The notes beneath the pieces were generated by a model. The model worked only from the letters and a program-made list of their open reading frames with translations. It was not told where the DNA came from and searched no databases. This document shows positions 48,389-55,260 of a DNA stretch of 55,260 nucleotides, piece after piece. The stretch covers positions 1 through 55,260 of the forward strand of contig CAZWOY010000001.1 in assembly GCA_964635255.1 (NCBI GenBank). Reading direction: 5' to 3'. Source of the stretch: an uncultured bacterium. Lineage in GTDB: Bacteria > Electryoneota > AABM5-125-24 > Hatepunaeales > Hatepunaeaceae. How positions within the stretch are numbered: the stretch's first letter is position 1; each line of letters begins with the position of its first letter. A program made the translations under genes and the position numbers.

Positions 48389-48454
48389 GGGCAGGCGTCC
48401 CTGCCTGCCCGCCTTCTTTCATTAAGGTTAAGATGGCAGGCGGGGACGCCTGCC
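48389..48454. repeat. REPIN-like inverted doublet of family-C hairpins (GGCAGGCG-GGGA-CGCCTGCC)
   Basis: Copies at 48389-48410 (loop TCCC orientation) and 48435-48454 (loop GGGA) are inverted, with a 24-nt spacer. Related to the hairpins at 43527 and 52063. Confidence 0.85.
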
Positions 48455-48524
48455 CCAGCAAAATATTTATGTAATTTCGCAAGTAAAACGTAATTCTAAT
48501 AACTTCGATATAAATTATCAACCT

Positions 48525-49580
48525 TCACTCATTCCCCCGCTTCCTCTTCTCGCGCGCCACTTTTCTGCGCACTTGCTGAAATTTGGCTTTATCGCGGACA
48601 TGGCCCTGCAGCGTGCTGTTAAAATAATGAGTTCCGTCGCCTTTGGCTACGAAGTAAATATAATCGGTATCGGCGGGATCGGCGGCGGCTTTTATCGCTT
48701 TGACGCCGGGATTGTTGATCGGGCCGGGGGGAAGTCCGGCGTATTTATAGGTGTTATAAGGATTTTTGATTTCTAAATCCTTGTTTAACAGCCGTCTGGG
48801 ACCATCGGGAATGATGTATTGAATAGTCGGATCCGCCGCTAAAGGAATTCTTCGTTTCAAACGATTATGATAAACCGACGAGATCAGCCGCGCTTCGTCC
48901 CAAACCATGACTTCGCCCTGAATAATCGACGCCAGCGTGAGCGCTTCATGCAGGCTCAGTCCGGACTGAGACGCTTTTTCCAGTATTTCGTTGTCGATGA
49001 GGTTAAAAAAGTGATCGACGATGCGTTTAATCGCCTGCCGGGAGTTCGAATTGAGGTAAAAATTATAAGTATTGGGATATAGATAGCCTTCCAGACTTCC
49101 GGCGTCAACGCCCAATTCGCCGATGAATTGACTGTCCGCGCACAGCGCCGAGAACTCAGCCGAATCGATGGCGAGCTCGTCCTGCAGGAGTCCGGCGATC
49201 TGCTTGTACGTCAAGCCTTCCGGTATGGTGACGTTTTTGGTGACCTCCCCCGGTTGAGTCAGCTTTTCGACCAGTTCCTTGTAGGTCAATCCGCGTTCGA
49301 TTACGTGCAGCCCCGGTTGAAAGCGATGGGCTGAGCGAGTTAGCCGCGCCGCCCATTTGAACTTTTCCCGATTCAGTATAACCTGTTTTTCCTCCAGTAT
49401 GTTCGCAATATCCGGCAGCGTCATGCCTTTTTCGATCTTGACTTCGACCTGCTCGCCGTATAACTCGCAGCAGGATTCGCTCATGATATCGAACCAGATA
49501 TAGGCGTAAACGAGAGAAATGACAATGACGAATGAAATCAGGATAGCGATTGCTATCAGGACGCGCGGTTTAACTTTCAT
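48525..49580 (-). CDS. mltG: endolytic murein transglycosylase MltG (YceG-like)
   Basis: Start moved to MKVKPRVLIAIAILISF (a TM anchor). Its ATG overlaps the upstream stop (ATGA). YceG-like core (LASIIQGE, YNTY...GLPPGPI.NPG). Confidence 0.8.
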   Translation of the reverse strand: MKVKPRVLIAIAILISFVIVISLVYAYIWFDIMSESCCELYGEQVEVKIEKGMTLPDIANILEEKQVILNREKFKWAARLTRSAHRFQPGLHVIERGLTYKELVEKLTQPGEVTKNVTIPEGLTYKQIAGLLQDELAIDSAEFSALCADSQFIGELGVDAGSLEGYLYPNTYNFYLNSNSRQAIKRIVDHFFNLIDNEILEKASQSGLSLHEALTLASIIQGEVMVWDEARLISSVYHNRLKRRIPLAADPTIQYIIPDGPRRLLNKDLEIKNPYNTYKYAGLPPGPINNPGVKAIKAAADPADTDYIYFVAKGDGTHYFNSTLQGHVRDKAKFQQVRRKVAREKRKRGNE

Positions 49581-50779
49581 CTGAAGGTTTTTCTCGTTCC
49601 TTTCGGTTGTTCCTTTTGATTGCAGCAACTGTCGATCAACGCCTGAAACGTTGAATCCGGGCGCACGCTCTCGGTGGGAATCCGCTCCCACTCGTAGCGT
49701 GAAATGTTAGATCCGTCCTCAGTCCAGATATCGAGGACGAGAACGAATTCGTTGTAATCGCCGGGATAAGCTAATAAGATAATTTTATCTTCGTCGAATT
49801 CAAACTTTTGAGGAGCTGACCGATACATTTCCTCATAAACGTTCCGCGCCTCCGGCATAACATAACCGCCGCCGCTGAGGATCATCAGGTCGAGATTTTG
49901 CCAGTTTTTGCATAAAGCCTGGAAGTTCTTATAAATTTCATCGAATTGATCTACTGAATCAGGCGTGTTCTCCACAAGAATTGATAAATGTTTCAAAGAT
50001 ATCCGATCCGGGTATTTAAGATCTTTTAGATAATCGTTCGTGTGTTTATAAGAATCGAGAAAAACCGTGTTTTTAGGCAATATCTCATTAAATTTCTTTT
50101 TTTTAGGCGATAGACTGCTGCAAATTTGAAAAATGATTTCCTTAGTCCATCGCACGGTTCGGTATTCAGATACTTGGATTTTCCCGCTATAAAAAGGTAA
50201 ATAACTTTCCGGTTTGCCGTAAATACTGAAAGGATTAGGATAACACAATTTACCAAAAATAAAAACGAAATTCGGGAATCTGGCGCTGCGTTCAGGTTTA
50301 AGGTATGAAATGTCGGATGTTCCATATATTTCATATCTTACTGACAACTTTTCAATGATCGACGTATCCGCTTCCTGACCGTTCAGAAATCCAAGCCTCA
50401 CAAAATCGCTAAGATAGCAGTTCACGACGTCGTAATCCAGCGAGTCCACCAGATCGATCAGCAGCCGGCATTCATCCGGCGTCATGCTTTCATGCGTCAG
50501 CTGTCCCAGGTCGATAAACACGGCGCCGCCGTCCTCAGCCCGCAGAGCGTCAAAGATAGACTTCACGCGCGCTAAGCCTCCCGGCTGGCCATAAGGACAT
50601 TTGCAATGCTTGATCGCGCCCTTCAGGTTGCCGGTTATGACGAAGCGGTGTTTGGTCTCCGCTTTTACCGCTGACAGCGTCGAAAGCAGGAAAAAAAATA
50701 TTAAAATCCGGTTCAGCACATTTGTAAGAACGAGAGAATATTCCTGCAGGTTCCCTAAAAGCGCCAAAAGGAAACGCAA
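49577..50779 (-). CDS. hypothetical exported protein, possibly a degenerate metallophosphatase/5'-nucleotidase-like fold
   Basis: Hydrophobic signal-like segment ILIFFFLLSTLSAVKA. FVITGNLKG....GGLARVKS......GGAVFIDLGQ resembles the HTND(L/I)HG...GG.AR...(L/I)DAGD layout, but the metal ligands are replaced. TTG start, which is uncertain. Confidence 0.45.
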   Translation of the reverse strand: MRFLLALLGNLQEYSLVLTNVLNRILIFFFLLSTLSAVKAETKHRFVITGNLKGAIKHCKCPYGQPGGLARVKSIFDALRAEDGGAVFIDLGQLTHESMTPDECRLLIDLVDSLDYDVVNCYLSDFVRLGFLNGQEADTSIIEKLSVRYEIYGTSDISYLKPERSARFPNFVFIFGKLCYPNPFSIYGKPESYLPFYSGKIQVSEYRTVRWTKEIIFQICSSLSPKKKKFNEILPKNTVFLDSYKHTNDYLKDLKYPDRISLKHLSILVENTPDSVDQFDEIYKNFQALCKNWQNLDLMILSGGGYVMPEARNVYEEMYRSAPQKFEFDEDKIILLAYPGDYNEFVLVLDIWTEDGSNISRYEWERIPTESVRPDSTFQALIDSCCNQKEQPKGTRKTFR

Positions 50780-50849
50780 CCGCTTCGTTGATTTATACTA
50801 CTGTGTGCATTAAATAGTGTACATACTCCTTGATGCATATAAACCGAAA

Positions 50850-50932
50850 CTCGTTCCCACGCTCCAGCGTGGGAATGCATACTTAACTATATAAGGTCGA
50901 TATGCATTCCCACGCTCCAGCGTGGGAACGAG
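50850..50932. repeat. REPIN-like doublet (family B, TTCCCACGCTCCAGCGTGGGAA)
   Basis: CTCGTTCCCACGCTCCAGCGTGGGAATGCAT (50850-50880) and ATGCATTCCCACGCTCCAGCGTGGGAACGAG (50902-50932) are inverted relative to each other. Confidence 0.9.
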
Positions 50933-51045
50933 TTAAAACAGGTTGCTGACAAAAATCAGCGTTTTTTTATTGAATTTGAAAACTTGTATTTAATCTTCTA
51001 TTTCATTATATTAACATAAAGAAATTCATCGAGTTAAAAGGTCAA

Positions 51046-51426
51046 ATGGTAAACATACCCAAACAGATCGACTATTGGCGCAACGGCGCGCTGCAGGATA
51101 TAGAGGTTGCCGAAGAACTGATAGGAAATGCAAGGTATTCGCATGGGTTGTTCTTTCTGCATTTAGCATTGGAGAAGATTTTAAAAGCCCATGTCTGCAG
51201 AGATACTAAGGATTTTGCGCCTAAAATTCACAACTTAGTCATATTAGCGCAGAAGACGAATTTGACCTTGTCGGAAAATCAATTGGATGTTCTTTCCGAT
51301 ATGAATATATATAACATTGAAGGAAGATATTCCGATATGTTGGGTCCGCTTCCGAAAAAGGAAGAAGCCTATGCGCAGTTAAACAGAAGTAAACCGGTGT
51401 TCGAATGGTTAAAGAATCAGTTGTAA
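51046..51426 (+). CDS. HEPN-domain protein (toxin-type partner of MNT)
   Basis: 126 aa. The pattern A..DL..A..L......Y....F..HLALEKILKA......HNL..L......(E)GRY matches the classical HEPN domain. Confidence 0.75.
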   Translation: MVNIPKQIDYWRNGALQDIEVAEELIGNARYSHGLFFLHLALEKILKAHVCRDTKDFAPKIHNLVILAQKTNLTLSENQLDVLSDMNIYNIEGRYSDMLGPLPKKEEAYAQLNRSKPVFEWLKNQL

Positions 51427-51728
51427 ACAGCATAAAAAGCTACCTGGAAACCGTACGCGAAAAAGGCGTTCCGGAAGCGTTTGGCATTTTATTCGGTTCC
51501 GAGGCTAATGGGAATTCGCACGAGTGGAGCGACATCGACCTATTGGTCGTCTCGCCGGAATTCGACGGACCGCCGGATAGAAACAACGCCTTCAAACTAT
51601 GGCGCATCGCGGCTCGCACCGACCCGCGCATCGAACCGATCCCCTGCGGTTTAAAGCAATGGGAAGAGGACGACTCCAGCGCGATTATCGAGATTGCCCG
51701 GCGGGAAGGGGTGGTGGTGCGGATTTGA
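51405..51728 (+). CDS. minimal nucleotidyltransferase (MNT) domain protein
   Basis: GILFGSEANGNSHEWSDIDLLVVS matches the GSxxxGxxxxxSDxD NTase motif. It overlaps the HEPN gene by 22 nt. Confidence 0.8.
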   Translation: MVKESVVNSIKSYLETVREKGVPEAFGILFGSEANGNSHEWSDIDLLVVSPEFDGPPDRNNAFKLWRIAARTDPRIEPIPCGLKQWEEDDSSAIIEIARREGVVVRI

Positions 51729-51843
51729 AAATTCTCCCAATTCTAAACCGATCTCGTTGAACCCGCTATTAATTCGCATTGCTCATTTCAGTTTTTGGGT
51801 GTAATCTATTGCCATGTGCAATAAAAAGCGAACAAATTATCGA

Positions 51844-51873
51844 CTCGTTCCCACGCCGGAGCGTGGGAACGAG
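51844..51873. repeat. family-B hairpin (13-bp perfect stem) inside the right TIR
   Basis: CTCGTTCCCACGC-CGGA-GCGTGGGAACGAG. Confidence 0.9.
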
Positions 51874-51965
51874 TTATGGTCTATACGCATCGAGGCGTAT
51901 GTCACTATTTAATGCACATAGTAGTATGATTATTACATGGAATAGAATCCTGGAATTATCGCATC

Positions 51966-52019
51966 GAGTGCGCGCTTCAGCGCGTACTGGACGCCTCATG
52001 CGCGCTAAAGCGCGCACTC
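51966..52019. repeat. REPIN-like doublet, GC-variant of family B
   Basis: GAGTGCGCGCTTCAGCGCGTAC ... ATGCGCGCTAAAGCGCGCACTC. Same architecture as 44915-44963, with co-varying stem positions (GTACAC changed to GTGCGC in both arms). Confidence 0.85.
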
Positions 52020-52062
52020 AATGTGATTAAGACGGCTTTTTCACGTATTGATCATATTACAC

Positions 52063-52088
52063 GGCGTCAGGCGAGGACGCCTGACGCC
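52063..52088. repeat. family-C hairpin (11-bp stem, AGGA loop)
   Basis: GGCGTCAGGCG-AGGA-CGCCTGACGCC, followed by CACTC as at 43551. Confidence 0.9.
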
Positions 52089-52106
52089 CACTCGTTTACA
52101 AACGTT

Positions 52107-52138
52107 CTTACTTTCTTACTTTCCTACTTTCTTACTTC
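52107..52138. repeat. tandem 8-bp repeat (CTTACTTT) x4
   Basis: CTTACTTT CTTACTTT CCTACTTT CTTACTTC. The array ends 11 nt from the nfnB stop codon. Confidence 0.85.
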
Positions 52139-52149
52139 TATCATCAACC

Positions 52150-53637
52150 TTACTCCGCCGGAACCGCCACGTCCAGCGACATTAAATATTCATGCATCGC
52201 CTTAGCCGCCGTCTTGCCCGCGCCCATGGCTAAAATTACGGTCGCGGCGCCGATGACTATGTCGCCGCCGGCGTAAACGCCTTTGATCGACGTCTCGCAG
52301 GTTTCGTCATCGGCTATGATGTTGCCCCATTTGTTCAGCTTCAGGTTGGGGGTCGCTTCGGTCAGCAGCGGGTTGGCGCCGTTGCCGATGGAGACTATGA
52401 CCGTATCGACCTCGAAATCGAACTCGCTGCCCTCGATAGGCACGGGGCGGCGCCTGCCGGATGCGTCCGGCTCGCCTAACTCCATCCTGACGCAGGTCAT
52501 GCTCTTCACCCAGCCGTTTTCGTCGCCGTTTATTTTTATTGGATTGGTCAGGAGGTTGAAATCGATTCCCTCTTCCTCCGCATGGTGGATTTCCTCGTCG
52601 CGGGCGGGCATCTCTTTGCGGCTGCGGCGATAGACGAGATAGACGTCTTCGGCGCCGAGTCTCAGCGCAGTGCGCGCCGCGTCCATAGCGACGTTGCCGC
52701 CGCCGATCACGGCGACCTTTTTACTTTTGGCTATGGGAGTGTCCGCGTTCGGGAAATCATAGGCGCGCATCAGGTTCGAGCGCGTCAGGTATTCGTTCGC
52801 CGAATAGACGCCGTTCAAGTTCTCGCCGGGTATATTCATAAAATAGGGCAGTCCGGCTCCGGTGCCGATGAATATCGCATCGTAGCCTTCCTCGCTCATC
52901 AGTTCATCTATCGTCAGGTACTTGCCGATTACAGCGTTATATTCGATCTCGACGCCCAATTTCTTCACGTAATCGACCTCAGCCATCACGATCTCTTTGG
53001 GCAGCCGGAATTCAGGAATGCCGTAGATCAGCACGCCGCCCGGCTTATGCAGGGCTTCGAAAATCTTGACATAATGTCCCTTCTTAGCCAACTCGCCGGC
53101 TACGGTCAATCCGGCGGGACCTGAGCCGACGATGGCGACTCTTCTGCCGGTCGGCGGATCTGCCGGCGGAATCGTTACCTTGTCGTTATCGCGCTCCCAG
53201 TCGGCTATGAAACGTTCGAGCCTGCCGATAGCCACCGGTTCGCCCTTGATGCCGATAACGCACTCTTTTTCGCACTGTTCTTCCTGCGGACAGACTCTGC
53301 CGCAGATGGCGGGGAGGGCGTTGGCGTCCTTCATAATCGAGATGGATTTGTCGAAATCGCGGTCGCGAATGGCTAATACAAAGCCGGGGATGTCTATTCC
53401 GACCGGGCAGCCGTCGATGCAGCTCGGCTTCTTGCATTTGATGCAGCGCGACGCTTCGATCACCGCGGTCTCTATCGAATATCCGTAAGGGACTTCCTGA
53501 AAATTGCGCTTCCGCTCCTCCGGCGGTTGCTCGGGCATAGCCTGGCGCGGTATCTTAGGTTTTTTAGGCTTGACTCGCCTGCCTTTTTTTCCCGCCGCCG
53601 GTCTGGTTGTAGCTGCTGTTTTCTGTTCTTCGCTCAT
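52150..53637 (-). CDS. nfnB: NfnB / GltD-like NADPH-dependent Fe-S flavoprotein (large subunit of NADH-dependent ferredoxin:NADP+ oxidoreductase; SudA-like)
   Basis: CIKCKKPSCIDGCP and CGRVCPQEEQCEKEC clusters, with VAIVGSGPAGL and VAVIGGGNVAMDAA folds. The start directly abuts the nfnA stop. An alternative start at MPEQPP (53538) is possible. Confidence 0.8.
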   Translation of the reverse strand: MSEEQKTAATTRPAAGKKGRRVKPKKPKIPRQAMPEQPPEERKRNFQEVPYGYSIETAVIEASRCIKCKKPSCIDGCPVGIDIPGFVLAIRDRDFDKSISIMKDANALPAICGRVCPQEEQCEKECVIGIKGEPVAIGRLERFIADWERDNDKVTIPPADPPTGRRVAIVGSGPAGLTVAGELAKKGHYVKIFEALHKPGGVLIYGIPEFRLPKEIVMAEVDYVKKLGVEIEYNAVIGKYLTIDELMSEEGYDAIFIGTGAGLPYFMNIPGENLNGVYSANEYLTRSNLMRAYDFPNADTPIAKSKKVAVIGGGNVAMDAARTALRLGAEDVYLVYRRSRKEMPARDEEIHHAEEEGIDFNLLTNPIKINGDENGWVKSMTCVRMELGEPDASGRRRPVPIEGSEFDFEVDTVIVSIGNGANPLLTEATPNLKLNKWGNIIADDETCETSIKGVYAGGDIVIGAATVILAMGAGKTAAKAMHEYLMSLDVAVPAE

Positions 53638-54483
53638 TTACCGGATACCCTCTAATTTGCATTTATGGAGATAGCGATCTAATGCTTCCTTTTCCTGCGG
53701 CAGATAGGCTCTCTGGCGCAGCATCAGTTCATCGAAATCGACCAGATGACCGTCGAATTCCGGTCCATCGACGCAGACGAACTTCGTCTTGTCGCCAAGG
53801 CTAACGCGGCAGCCGCCGCACATGCCGGTGCCATCGACCATAACCGAATTCAGGCTGACCTGAGTCGGAATCTCGTATTTTTTCGTCAAATTGGAAACGG
53901 CTTTCATCATAACGACCGGTCCGATCGCCAGGCACAGATCGATTTTCAAACCATCATTGATCAGGTTTTGGAGCATATCGGTCACAAAACCGTGCAATCC
54001 ATAGGATCCATCATCGGTTGTGACATGCAGTCCATCTGAAATCTCCGCCATTTCCTTTTCGAGAATCAACAGATCCTTCGACCGAGCGCCGATGATCGAG
54101 TATATTTTATTACCGGCTTCTTTCATGGCTTTAGCGATCGGATAGACCGGAGCCACGCCGATGCCGCCGCCGATGCAGACGACATTTCCAAAGTTCTCGA
54201 TGTGCGTCGCCCTGCCCAGCGGTCCAACAACGTCGATTAAGTTTTCTCCTTCCTTCAAATCTCCCATGTGGTAAGTCGATTTGCCGACTTCCTGGAAAAT
54301 CAAACGGATCGTTCCCGCTTCCGGGTTCGAATCGACGATCGTCAGCGGGATCCTTTCGCCGTCTTCGCTGACTCGCACCAGCACAAACTGACCGGCTTTA
54401 CGTTTTTTCGCAATCAGGGGCGCTTCGACGATATAGTCCTTGACGCCTTCCGACAGCGTTGTTTTCGATTGTATTTTATGCAT
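53638..54483 (-). CDS. nfnA: NfnA / PyrK-like FAD + [2Fe-2S] small subunit (SudB-like)
   Basis: FNR-like fold (RIPLTIV, GPLG, CIGGGIGVAP) and a C-terminal CGGCRV...CVDGP cluster. Confidence 0.8.
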   Translation of the reverse strand: MHKIQSKTTLSEGVKDYIVEAPLIAKKRKAGQFVLVRVSEDGERIPLTIVDSNPEAGTIRLIFQEVGKSTYHMGDLKEGENLIDVVGPLGRATHIENFGNVVCIGGGIGVAPVYPIAKAMKEAGNKIYSIIGARSKDLLILEKEMAEISDGLHVTTDDGSYGLHGFVTDMLQNLINDGLKIDLCLAIGPVVMMKAVSNLTKKYEIPTQVSLNSVMVDGTGMCGGCRVSLGDKTKFVCVDGPEFDGHLVDFDELMLRQRAYLPQEKEALDRYLHKCKLEGIR

Positions 54484-54853
54484 TGAACCTCTGCCTTTTT
54501 CTTCAAAAAAATATGTTCAATTAAGATAAATAAATGTGAATTTTATCGCAAACCTTATACCAGATTTCCTGAGATTCATTATAAAAATCATGCGCTTTTA
54601 ACTGACGTTTATGCCGTATGTTAGCGGCTTCCATTAACACAATCGAAAAATAAGATATTGAATAATTGGGTAAATATTCCCATTTTAATTGGACAGAATA
54701 CCTAATGTGGGGTATTTTTCCGCGCTTCTGCGTAGGAACGCATAAATGTTATATGTTGGAGTACACGCTTCAGCATGCAAAACCGAACGAAAATCAGTCA
54801 ACAAGTTTTTATAAACATTGTGACTGCTACAGGCACAAAATAGTTGTCATCTC

Positions 54854-55109
54854 TATTACTATTATGTGCATGAAATAGTTGTATCTCGCGAAATCCGCTG
54901 GATTAGGAATTCTAAGCGATATCAAGATGTTAGGAGATTGCTTAGTCTGCATAAGGCAGACTCGCAATGACGCTTTTTTATGCACGTAGTAATAATCTAA
55001 TGGCATGCAGACATTAAATCAATATCCAGCGCTATCAAGATGTAAGGAGATTGCTTAGTCTGCTAAAGGCAGACTCGCAATGACGCTTTTTACTGTACGT
55101 AGTAATAAT
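54854..55109. mobile_element. two tandem MITE-like units sharing the TAYTACT..GTGCAT terminal motif and an internal hairpin
   Basis: Unit 1 (54854-54994) has TIRs TATTACTATTATGTGCAT / ATGCACGTAGTAATA and flanks ATCTC / ATCTA. Two 82-bp direct repeats at 54915-54996 and 55028-55109 contain GATTGCTTAGTCTGC-NNNNG-GCAGACTCGCAATG hairpins. Confidence 0.6.
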
Positions 55110-55123
55110 GGTGTAAAAAACAT

Positions 55124-55152
55124 TTGACAATTCAGAAAACATTTGTTATTAT
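55124..55152 (+). promoter_or_regulatory. near-consensus sigma-70-type promoter (TTGACA-17 nt-TATTAT)
   Basis: TTGACA at 55124-55129 and TATTAT at 55147-55152, exactly 17 nt apart. It is followed by two hairpins before the window ends. Confidence 0.45.
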
Positions 55153-55260
55153 AGAATTTATACGGGTGTCTTTGATCCCGTATAAAGACGGGGGGAGACG
55201 CTTGCGCGCCTCCCCCGTCGGCGCTCGCCGCACGTTTGTTTCTTCGCTTGTCCCGATTTA

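Larger units (their letters stand above)
50795..51927. mobile_element. 1.13-kb cassette bounded by about 80-bp imperfect terminal inverted repeats and carrying only a HEPN/MNT pair (putative non-autonomous element)
   Basis: 50795-50875 aligns with the reverse complement of 51847-51927 (about 9 mismatches and 1 gap in 81 nt). Termini are ATACTACTRTGTGCATTAAATAGTG. Flanks are GATTT / GATTA. Confidence 0.6.

Noticed and set aside
49581-49691. 37-codon N-terminal extension of the MltG ORF
   Set aside because: It overlaps the 3' end of the upstream gene by 115 nt. The internal Met at 49580 precedes the expected TM anchor and forms an ATGA stop/start overlap.
43420-55110. Interpreting the hairpin repeats plus small TA cassettes as a chromosomal integron (attC sites) or as a CRISPR array
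   Set aside because: There is no intI-type integrase and no cas genes in the window. Housekeeping genes (uvrD, mltG, nfnAB) lie between the cassettes. The repeats belong to several unrelated families and have no regular repeat-spacer periodicity. The 8-bp arrays are far too short for CRISPR repeats.

Overview
This 55.3-kb window comes from what looks like an uncultivated bacterium. It is probably FCB-superphylum-like, because a 1983-aa surface protein ends in a T9SS-type sorting domain. All product calls rest on motif recognition by eye; no database search was run.

(1) 1-7.4 kb: redox housekeeping genes (ggt fragment, cutA, peroxiredoxin, trxB), a TPR/TolB-like lipoprotein, an MBL-fold hydrolase and two outer-membrane-type proteins.

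(2) 7.6-36.9 kb: 25 consecutive minus-strand genes, mostly with tiny gaps or start/stop overlaps. Together they encode a complete dissimilatory sulfate/sulfite pathway with its cofactor and pyrophosphate support. The order is hppA-sat-aprBA-[Zn-ribbon protein, YkgJ-like Cys-cluster protein]-qmoC-qmoA-qmoB-dsrA-dsrB-dsrD-dsrN-dsrL-dsrC-dsrT-dsrMKJOP-[CoA-disulfide-reductase/rhodanese fusion]-hemA-sirC-cobA/hemD. Unusual points are:
- dsrL sits next to the reductive marker dsrD.
- The qmo gene order is non-canonical (C-A-B).
- Two uncharacterised Cys-rich genes are wedged between aprBA and qmo.
- A flavoprotein-rhodanese fusion is appended after dsrP.

(3) 37.4-43.4 kb: a giant gingipain (C25)-like T9SS cargo protein whose catalytic dyad appears to be substituted.

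(4) 43.4-55.3 kb: ordinary genes (RdhA/QueG-like Fe-S protein, uvrD/pcrA, mltG, nfnAB) lie in intergenic DNA saturated with several families of REP/REPIN-like hairpins, 8-9-bp tandem arrays and MITE-like units. Two toxin-antitoxin pairs are embedded in this DNA. A HEPN/MNT pair is bracketed by about 80-bp terminal inverted repeats, giving a 1.13-kb cassette. A DUF433/DUF5615 pair is bracketed by 88-bp direct repeats.

I saw no rRNA, tRNA, CRISPR array, integrase or transposase gene.
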